From the IMG/VR virus record IMGVR_UViG_3300032236_001530, positions 91,229-155,228 of that record: a stretch of DNA of 64,000 nt; one strand, 5' to 3'. Source of the DNA: a virus. The notes beneath the pieces were generated by a model that did not search any database, was not told the DNA's origin, and was given only the letters and a program-made list of their open reading frames with translations. Within the stretch, counting starts at the first letter, position 1. The number at the start of each line of letters is the position of its first letter. The translations under genes were made by a program, and so were the position numbers. Positions 56,705 through 64,000 of this stretch are shown piece by piece.

Positions 56705-59155
56705 ATGTCTCAAAAGATACAAACTAGTCTAATTGTTCAGGGTCAGCAAGGTTTACCTCCGTTTAGAGCCCTTAATAATAACGGATCCGATGCTTTTGTT
56801 GTTGGTTCAGATGGTTATGTTTACATTTATAATGTAAGCTTAACATCAACTTCACCAACTTATAGCTTTCTTGTATTAAATTCCAATGGTAGCATTGGAT
56901 ATACAAATATTGTCGGACTAACAGGCCCATCCGGTTCTTCTGGTATATCAGGTTCTTCAGGTTCTTCAGGTACTAGTGGTGTATCGGGATCATCCGGTTC
57001 GAGTGGCACATCTGGTAAAGATGGTACATCTGGTATTGATGGTACATCCGGTATTAATGGTACTTCTAATATAGTTAGTTTTAATGATACTACTACTATT
57101 GGATTCATAACACAGAGTGTTCCTGGTGGTCTATCGGCATCTGCTTATGTAAAACCAGGAAGTTTAACAGCTTCTGCCTTAAATACTGGTTCAAATGGAG
57201 GTGCTACTGCGGGTTATATTTTATCAAATACAAATGATGGTAGCTTTTCATGGGTACCTGCTAGTACGGGCGCTGCTATATCAGTTAGTGATTATAATCA
57301 AGGTTTAACATTTAGTAATGTTGAACATATTATATTTAGAGGTGGTATTGTGGATGTACCTGTTAGTGGTTCTAATCCTGGTGGTACAGCTACTGGTGAA
57401 TTAGTTAGTGGTGTTTCGCCTACTGTAACTGTTTGGATTCCAGCTCCTACTTATGTTGGATATTTTACCCCTACTTTATATAATGCTCCTTATACAAGAT
57501 ATGTGTCTACACCTACTACAAATGGTTATAATGCTATACCTGGTTTTAGTGGTCACTATGGTACTGGTACTTGGGTTACTACAACAGATTTTACAAATGG
57601 TACAACAAGAGATGTTTTAAATTCCTCATCATCTATAACAGCTTTCACATCAACAAGTTTTGGTTGTTTTAGTACAGGTACAACAATGAGTTTTTATCTT
57701 TATAATCATGATGGATCTACTTTAGCTTCTATAATTGGTTATGTTATAAGTGGTATTGGTTCTACATCTTCAAATGGATTAACTATAAATGTTACAGGAT
57801 TTTCTCCTGATAATGATAGATATCAAGCAACTATCAATGGTACAATTGATGTTGGTACTTTATTTCCTAATGGTGGTAAGTTTAACTGGCGTGTTGTACA
57901 TTATAATGGATTTGGTGCTGGTTATAATAATAATGGTTCAGCAACATCTGGTGTTTATGACTATACTAAGGTAACTCCAGTTTTCTATGATAATGATGGT
58001 GCTGTTTCAAGTGCTAATATAGCAGGTGGTGTTAACTTTGATGAGTTATCTGCTACTAAAGTTTATTATTCAGGTGTTGCTTTTTATGCTATTAATTCAA
58101 CATTTGCTTTTACTGCTTCAAATATTAATTTATTAAATGATATTACAATACCAACAACTAATCAAATTACATTAGCTTGTACAAATCTTGCTACTTCTGG
58201 TAGTTATGCTGGTTATGCTGATGGTAGTAAACCAGGTGTTGGTGCTACTATTAGTGGTTGGACATTAGATTGGAATAAATCGGGTTTAACTTATTCAAGA
58301 ACATTGACATCAAATGTTGGTAGCTCATATGTTCCAGGATTTTCAACTAATAATACAATAAGTAATACTCCAACATCATATGTAACTGCTACAATTTATG
58401 ATTATGGTGCTGTTGGTACAAGTCAATCTGTTAGTAGATTGATGTTATTTGACACTTATACTCCTGGTTCAGTTGCTTATAATGATAATCCATTGGATAG
58501 TGAGAATAGTAGATTATCAACTACTGGTGTTTTGACTAGTGGTACATCTTCATTTAATTCAAGTGTTGTTTTACCATCGGATGAGTTGCAATATATTTTT
58601 GGTAGAGTTATATTTCCTCAAACCAATTTTACGCAATTTTATCCAAAAGTAAATGGTACAGCTTCTATTGATTATTCTGGTTTAACAGGTTCTAATAAGA
58701 CATTTACCGTTTATACAAATATTAACACAGGTGCTACTACATCGTTAGTTGCTAATGGTTATAGATGGCATGTTACCTCATATGGTAAAGATGCTGCTTA
58801 TTCTTCATCATTTACAAATGGTATTTTTACTTTCATAAGTAATTTCACAGAAGCTGACTTGGAATACAATGGTGTTTTGAGTAGTGCTGGTACAAATGAT
58901 TTAGCAATATTGGTTGGTATTGATTCAAGTGGTTCAAGTAATACACCTGATAAGTTTTTATATGTTTCTGGCGATCCGGTTACATATGCGACTAGACAAG
59001 TTCCAGGTACTTACAATTTAAATAATGGTACACAACAGATACAATGGTCGAAAGGTACTTTACCAGCAACGGTTAAAAAGGTTTGGTTATTTATTGGTTA
59101 TAAAAGTACTACAAGAGGTAAAAATTTGAATATGACAAATATTCACTTATCATAA
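56705..59155 (+). CDS. Fibre-like structural protein with short Gly-X-Y tract
   Basis: GSSGTSG tract about 56924-57066; module shared with the 59374 protein. Confidence 0.65.
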   Translation: MSQKIQTSLIVQGQQGLPPFRALNNNGSDAFVVGSDGYVYIYNVSLTSTSPTYSFLVLNSNGSIGYTNIVGLTGPSGSSGISGSSGSSGTSGVSGSSGSSGTSGKDGTSGIDGTSGINGTSNIVSFNDTTTIGFITQSVPGGLSASAYVKPGSLTASALNTGSNGGATAGYILSNTNDGSFSWVPASTGAAISVSDYNQGLTFSNVEHIIFRGGIVDVPVSGSNPGGTATGELVSGVSPTVTVWIPAPTYVGYFTPTLYNAPYTRYVSTPTTNGYNAIPGFSGHYGTGTWVTTTDFTNGTTRDVLNSSSSITAFTSTSFGCFSTGTTMSFYLYNHDGSTLASIIGYVISGIGSTSSNGLTINVTGFSPDNDRYQATINGTIDVGTLFPNGGKFNWRVVHYNGFGAGYNNNGSATSGVYDYTKVTPVFYDNDGAVSSANIAGGVNFDELSATKVYYSGVAFYAINSTFAFTASNINLLNDITIPTTNQITLACTNLATSGSYAGYADGSKPGVGATISGWTLDWNKSGLTYSRTLTSNVGSSYVPGFSTNNTISNTPTSYVTATIYDYGAVGTSQSVSRLMLFDTYTPGSVAYNDNPLDSENSRLSTTGVLTSGTSSFNSSVVLPSDELQYIFGRVIFPQTNFTQFYPKVNGTASIDYSGLTGSNKTFTVYTNINTGATTSLVANGYRWHVTSYGKDAAYSSSFTNGIFTFISNFTEADLEYNGVLSSAGTNDLAILVGIDSSGSSNTPDKFLYVSGDPVTYATRQVPGTYNLNNGTQQIQWSKGTLPATVKKVWLFIGYKSTTRGKNLNMTNIHLS

Positions 59156-59186
59156 ATAAAAAAAATAAAAAATAAGATAATATAAA

Positions 59187-59360
59187 ATGACAGATATCAA
59201 AATTACTAAGTTATTTAAGGATCCAAACACTGGCACTGATATTTTTATTCTTTCGATTCAATTAGGTACAGAATATTTTAATATTCCTGTAACAAAAACC
59301 CAGTTTGAAGAAATTTTTTTCAAATTAAGAGGTATATATGATAATATCGAGTTGGAATAA
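59187..59360 (+). CDS. Small protein, 57 aa; not in ORF track
   Basis: MTDIKITKLFKDPNTGTDIFILSIQLGTEYFNIPVTKTQFEEIFFKLRGIYDNIELE*. Confidence 0.65.
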   Translation: MTDIKITKLFKDPNTGTDIFILSIQLGTEYFNIPVTKTQFEEIFFKLRGIYDNIELE

Positions 59361-59373
59361 AAATATATAGAGT

Positions 59374-62300
59374 ATGTCTAATCAAAATACAAACTTACAA
59401 AGAACCGCAGCATTTTATCACTCATTAGGAAAGGTACAAACTGAAATTAATAACCTTGTAGGAAATGAGCTATATAAAAGTGCGCATAATGTCAGATCCA
59501 CTGAAGTATGGATGGATTCGATATCTTATGCTCCTACTACAGCATCGGCTTCTCAATATTCAAACGGTATTGTTGTTAGACAAGTTGGTAGTTCATCAAC
59601 TGCTCCTGATTACACAGGTATATTTTCTACTCCTGTATATCTTTATCCTTTAACACAAACAAACTATGAAACATGGTTTATAGATACTGGTACTCCGAGT
59701 GCTGCTATTGATGGTTTCGTTCCATCTAGCAATTGGGTTAAACCTTTAATAAATCCTTCTGACGTTCCTAACGCGGCGGGTGCTCCTTCATTTGGTTATG
59801 AGTTAATAATGTATAATCGTAATGGTACTACACCAATTTCTTATGGTAGTGCTTATTATGATGTTGATTATTTTGCGGGTTTGATTAGATTTGATATTGG
59901 TAAAACACCAATTGATACCGCATTAAATAGTGGTTTAGGTTTTCAATTTAGTCAATCGACTTTTGAGGCTTTACCAGTTAATGATGCTACAAGAAAAGCT
60001 TATATACAAAGTGTTACAACGGGTGGTCCTCGTGCTGTAGCTTGGCAATATGTAGGTCAAAAGTTAAGTAATTTTAATGCAAATGTTGCTTTTAATAGCA
60101 CATCTACAATAGGTTTTACACAAAGTGGTGTAACTTATTCATTTTATATTGAACCAAATAGTTTAACAGCTTCTATGTTAAATACTGGTTCAAATGGTGG
60201 TGCTACTGCCGGTTATGTTCTTTCTACTACATCAGATGGTAATTTTGCTTGGGTTCCTGCGGGAAGTGGAAGCAGTGGAAGTACTGGTACAAGTGGTACT
60301 TCAGGTACTAGTGGATATTCAGGAACATCCGGTACATCCGGAACATCCGGTATTTCAGGATCAGATGGTGTTGATGGTACATCAGGTACTTCAGGTACAA
60401 GTGGTACTTCTGGTATAAGTGGTGTTGATGGTGTTGATGGTACTTCCGGTACAAGTGGTTCTAATGGTACATCAGGTACTTCTGGTATCAGTGGTTCTGA
60501 TGGTGTTGATGGCACATCGGGTACAAGCGGATTAAGTGGTACTAATGGAACATCCGGTATAAGTGGTGTTGATGGTGTTGACGGTACTTCCGGTACAAGT
60601 GGTTCTAATGGTACATCCGGTACATCTGGTATTAGCGGTTCTGATGGTACTTCAGGTACTAGTGGATTAAGTGGTACCAATGGTACTTCCGGTACATCAG
60701 GTGTTGATGGGACTTCAGGCACTAGTGGACTAAGTGGTACATCCGGAACCTCTGGTGTATCCGGGTCTGATGGTGTTGATGGTACTTCCGGTACATCTGG
60801 TAATTCTGGTACAAGTGGTACTTCTGGTATAAGTGGTGTTGATGGTGTTGATGGTACTTCTGGTTCAAGTGGATTAAGCGGTACATCAGGAACCTCTGGT
60901 ATTAGTGGTTCTGATGGTGTTGATGGTACGTCAGGTACTTCCGGTACAAGTGGAACTTCCGGTACATCGGGTATAAGTGGTGTTGATGGTGTTGATGGTA
61001 CTTCTGGTTCAAGTGGATTAAGTGGTACATCTGGTACATCAGGTACTTCCGGATCTGATGGTGTTGATGGTACTTCGGGTATAGATGGTACTTCAGGTAC
61101 TTCCGGTACAAGTGGTACATCGGGTGCCTCAGGTTCAAGTGGATCTGATGGTTCAAGTGGTACTTCTGGTACATCAGGTATTTCAGGATCTGATGGTGTT
61201 GATGGTACATCGGGTGTTGATGGTACTTCAGGATCAAGCGGATCAGATGGTTCAAGTGGTACTTCAGGTACCTCAGGATCAAGTGGTTCGGATGGATCAA
61301 GTGGATCAAGTGGTACATCTGGTGTTTCAGGTTCCGATGGTGTTGATGGTACTTCAGGTACATCAGGTACAAGTGGTACATCGGGATCAAGTGGATCAGA
61401 TGGTTCAAGTGGTACATCAGGTACTTCTGGATCTAGTGGATCAGATGGTTCTTCTGGTACAAGCGGTACATCAGGTACAAGTGGCTCATCCGGAACATCT
61501 GGTTTATCATTAAATTGGGTAGGTACTTGGGTTAATACAACTCCTTATGGTGTTTTTGATGTTGTTAAATATGGTTATCCTTATAAAGTTTATATAGCTA
61601 ATACAAATATAGCTATTGGTGCTACTGCGCCTGATGCTAATCCTGATTGGGAAGTTTTAGTTATATCAGGTGAAAATGGTACTTCCGGTACATCAGGTTC
61701 AAGTGGATCAGATGGTTCAAGTGGAACATCAGGTACTTCCGGTGTTTCAGGTTCTGATGGTGTTGATGGTACTTCCGGTACTTCCGGATCAAGCGGATCA
61801 GATGGTTCGAGTGGTACAAGTGGTACATCTGGATCAAGTGGATCAGATGGTTCGAGTGGTACTTCTGGTACATCAGGATCAAGCGGATCTGATGGTTCAA
61901 GTGGAACTTCAGGAACTTCTGGATCTGATGGATCTTCTGGTACAAGTGGTACTTCAGGATCAAGCGGATCTGATGGATCTTCTGGTACAAGTGGTACTTC
62001 AGGATCAAGCGGATCTGATGGTTCAAGTGGAACTTCGGGAACTTCAGGATCAGATGGATCTTCTGGTACATCAGGTACTTCTGGCTCAAGTGGATCAGAT
62101 GGTTCGAGTGGTACTTCCGGTACATCAGGTATTAGTGGTTCTGATGGTGTTGATGGTACTTCAGGAACTTCTGGTTCAAGTGGATCAGATGGTTCAAGTG
62201 GAACTTCTGGTACATCGGGATCAAGCGGATCAGATGGTTCGAGCGGTACTTCAGGTTTAAGTGGTGTTGATGGATCTTCCGGTTCAAGTGGAACTTCTGG

Positions 62301-64000
62301 TACAAGTGGATCAGATGGATCAAGCGGAACTTCAGGTACATCAGGATCAAGTGGATCAGATGGATCTTCTGGAACTTCTGGTATTAGTGGTATTGATGGT
62401 GTTGATGGTACATCTGGTAGTGATGGTTCAAGTGGAACTTCCGGTACAAGTGGCACATCGGGATCAAGTGGATCAGATGGTTCAAGTGGAACTTCGGGAA
62501 CTTCAGGATCAAGTGGATCAGATGGATCTTCTGGAACAAGTGGTACATCGGGATCAAGTGGATCAGATGGTTCTTCGGGTACATCAGGAACTTCCGGATC
62601 AAGTGGATCGGACGGCTCTTCAGGTACTAGTGGTACATCAGGTATTAGTGGTATTGATGGTGTTGATGGTACTTCAGGTGTTGATGGTACAAGTGGTACA
62701 TCAGGTAATAGTGGGACCTCAGGGACTTCAGGATCAAGCGGATCAGATGGTTCAAGCGGAACTTCTGGTACATCAGGTATTAGTGGTATTGATGGTGTTG
62801 ATGGTACATCAGGATCAAGTGGGTTAGATGGTACAAGTGGTACATCGGGTACTTCTGGATCAAGTGGCTCTGATGGTTCGTCAGGTACTTCTGGTACAAG
62901 TGGTGTATCTGGTTCATCAGGTTCTGATGGTTCATCAGGTACAAGTGGTACATCGGGTTTTAGTGGTGTTAATGGTGAAGATGGTACATCAGGTACATCA
63001 GGATATTCTGGTACATCAGGTACTTCCGGTTCAAGTGGATCTGATGGTTCTTCTGGAACTTCTGGTACATCGGGTTTAAGTGGTTCAGACGGTGTTGATG
63101 GTACATCAGGTACTTCCGGTACATCAGGTTCAAGTGGTACTTCCGGATCAAGTGGTACATCAGGAACATCAGGTATTTCAGGTTCAGATGGTGTTGATGG
63201 TTCTTCCGGCACTAGTGGTACATCAGGTTCAAGCGGATCCGATGGCTCTTCTGGTACTTCAGGAACTTCTGGGTCTAGTGGTTCCGATGGTTCATCTGGT
63301 ACTTCAGGAACTTCAGGAACTTCAGGATCAAGCGGATCAGATGGATCTAGTGGTACTTCCGGTATTAGTGGATCTGATGGTGTTGATGGTACTTCAGGTA
63401 CTTCAGGAACATCAGGATCAAGTGGATCAGATGGTTCTTCTGGAACAAGCGGTACTTCCGGTACATCAGGATCAAGTGGTTCTGATGGTTCAAGTGGAAC
63501 TTCAGGATCAGATGGTTCAAGTGGCACATCGGGAACTTCAGGATCAAGTGGATCAGATGGTTCTTCCGGTACATCAGGTTTTAGTGGTATTAATGGTGAG
63601 GATGGTACATCAGGTACATCAGGCTCAAGTGGATCTGATGGATCTTCTGGAACAAGTGGAACATCAGGCTCAAGTGGGTCCAATGGTTCTTCTGGTACAT
63701 CAGGTACATCAGGCTCTAGTGGATCAGATGGTTCAAGTGGCACATCGGGAACTTCAGGATCAAGTGGATCAGATGGATCTTCAGGGACATCAGGAACAAG
63801 TGGTACTTCAGGATCGAGTGGATCTGATGGATCTTCGGGTACTTCCGGTACATCTGGATCAAGTGGATCAGATGGATCTTCTGGTACTTCAGGATCGAGT
63901 GGATCTGATGGTTCAAGTGGTACTTCAGGTACGTCAGGTACAAGTGGTACTTCAGGAACTTCCGGCTCTAGTGGATCAGATGGTTCTTCCGGTACATCAG
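59374..64000 (+). CDS. Giant Gly-X-Y (GTS/GSD/GVD) repeat fibre protein, 3' end outside the window; not in ORF track
   Basis: ATG 59374 (MSNQNTNLQR...), open in frame 1 to the end of the window; AATATATA upstream. Confidence 0.9.
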   Translation, partial: MSNQNTNLQRTAAFYHSLGKVQTEINNLVGNELYKSAHNVRSTEVWMDSISYAPTTASASQYSNGIVVRQVGSSSTAPDYTGIFSTPVYLYPLTQTNYETWFIDTGTPSAAIDGFVPSSNWVKPLINPSDVPNAAGAPSFGYELIMYNRNGTTPISYGSAYYDVDYFAGLIRFDIGKTPIDTALNSGLGFQFSQSTFEALPVNDATRKAYIQSVTTGGPRAVAWQYVGQKLSNFNANVAFNSTSTIGFTQSGVTYSFYIEPNSLTASMLNTGSNGGATAGYVLSTTSDGNFAWVPAGSGSSGSTGTSGTSGTSGYSGTSGTSGTSGISGSDGVDGTSGTSGTSGTSGISGVDGVDGTSGTSGSNGTSGTSGISGSDGVDGTSGTSGLSGTNGTSGISGVDGVDGTSGTSGSNGTSGTSGISGSDGTSGTSGLSGTNGTSGTSGVDGTSGTSGLSGTSGTSGVSGSDGVDGTSGTSGNSGTSGTSGISGVDGVDGTSGSSGLSGTSGTSGISGSDGVDGTSGTSGTSGTSGTSGISGVDGVDGTSGSSGLSGTSGTSGTSGSDGVDGTSGIDGTSGTSGTSGTSGASGSSGSDGSSGTSGTSGISGSDGVDGTSGVDGTSGSSGSDGSSGTSGTSGSSGSDGSSGSSGTSGVSGSDGVDGTSGTSGTSGTSGSSGSDGSSGTSGTSGSSGSDGSSGTSGTSGTSGSSGTSGLSLNWVGTWVNTTPYGVFDVVKYGYPYKVYIANTNIAIGATAPDANPDWEVLVISGENGTSGTSGSSGSDGSSGTSGTSGVSGSDGVDGTSGTSGSSGSDGSSGTSGTSGSSGSDGSSGTSGTSGSSGSDGSSGTSGTSGSDGSSGTSGTSGSSGSDGSSGTSGTSGSSGSDGSSGTSGTSGSDGSSGTSGTSGSSGSDGSSGTSGTSGISGSDGVDGTSGTSGSSGSDGSSGTSGTSGSSGSDGSSGTSGLSGVDGSSGSSGTSGTSGSDGSSGTSGTSGSSGSDGSSGTSGISGIDGVDGTSGSDGSSGTSGTSGTSGSSGSDGSSGTSGTSGSSGSDGSSGTSGTSGSSGSDGSSGTSGTSGSSGSDGSSGTSGTSGISGIDGVDGTSGVDGTSGTSGNSGTSGTSGSSGSDGSSGTSGTSGISGIDGVDGTSGSSGLDGTSGTSGTSGSSGSDGSSGTSGTSGVSGSSGSDGSSGTSGTSGFSGVNGEDGTSGTSGYSGTSGTSGSSGSDGSSGTSGTSGLSGSDGVDGTSGTSGTSGSSGTSGSSGTSGTSGISGSDGVDGSSGTSGTSGSSGSDGSSGTSGTSGSSGSDGSSGTSGTSGTSGSSGSDGSSGTSGISGSDGVDGTSGTSGTSGSSGSDGSSGTSGTSGTSGSSGSDGSSGTSGSDGSSGTSGTSGSSGSDGSSGTSGFSGINGEDGTSGTSGSSGSDGSSGTSGTSGSSGSNGSSGTSGTSGSSGSDGSSGTSGTSGSSGSDGSSGTSGTSGTSGSSGSDGSSGTSGTSGSSGSDGSSGTSGSSGSDGSSGTSGTSGTSGTSGTSGSSGSDGSSGTS
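60268..61509 (+). repeat. Gly-X-Y coding repeat, tract 1 (about 138 triplets)
   Basis: 9-bp period GGN-NNN-NNN with synonymous variation. Confidence 0.9.
61669..64000 (+). repeat. Gly-X-Y coding repeat, tract 2 (at least 259 triplets)
   Basis: 9-bp period continuing to the end of the window. Confidence 0.9.

Noticed and set aside
2587-57974. Short track ORFs nested antisense or off-frame in long genes (e.g. 2587, 7133, 11391, 20283, 38144, 40863, 47131, 56860)
   Set aside because: They are fully overlapped by well-supported genes and have no motifs or promoter boxes
60194-63943. Track ORFs with PEVP/PLEP, MYHL or VVLQV repeats (e.g. 61590..63743 on -)
   Set aside because: They are antisense or off-frame shadows of the Gly-X-Y gene starting at 59374
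60268-64000. Possible CRISPR array or non-coding tandem repeat
   Set aside because: The period is 9 bp with synonymous third-position variation and no unique spacers, so it is coding
1-64000. tRNA, rRNA or structured ncRNA genes
   Set aside because: Intergenic gaps are short and AT-rich, and no cloverleaf or T-loop signature was seen by eye; tRNAscan/Infernal would be needed to exclude them formally
1-64000. Bacterial chromosome origin (ClpP, IF-3, PPK2, NadV)
   Set aside because: These genes are interleaved with T4-like baseplate, UvsW, primase and gp43-like genes and lack their usual operon partners (clpX/tig, thrS/rpmI/rplT)

Overview
This AT-rich window is densely coding in the standard genetic code and looks like part of a large T4-superfamily-like (jumbo/mega) myophage. 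The host is probably Bacteroidota: there are TAnnTTTG promoters, no Shine-Dalgarno sites, an ...AQ signal peptide and D-S/T-x-rich exported proteins. It contains a baseplate module (gp53-like, hub, gp5 spike, several peptidoglycan hydrolases) and replication/recombination genes (UvsW, UvsY-like, primase, clamp-like protein, C-terminal half of a split family-B polymerase). Host-like genes include FKBP PPIase, ClpP, IF-3, PPK2, a NadV + NadM-Nudix NAD salvage operon with an aminotransferase, a DNA MTase and a nucleotidyltransferase. There are several homing-endonuclease genes and remnants, a GH19 endolysin, and a fibre cluster ending in a giant Gly-X-Y protein that the ORF track missed because it runs off the window. 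The most striking unannotated structure is two peptide tags and three promoter classes. About 15 unrelated late proteins, including enzymes (DHH phosphoesterase, PPK2, HAD, zincin, PD-(D/E)XK nuclease), start with a T4 capsid-targeting-sequence-like peptide. About 8 unrelated small, mostly non-late proteins carry R-x-x-[KI]-[IL]-[DN]-x-[IF]-[LFI], mostly at the C-terminus. The three promoter motifs (TTTAATATATA, AAAC-N17-ATAWAA, TAnnTTTG) sort genes by function. All family calls come from visual motif recognition, not database searches.
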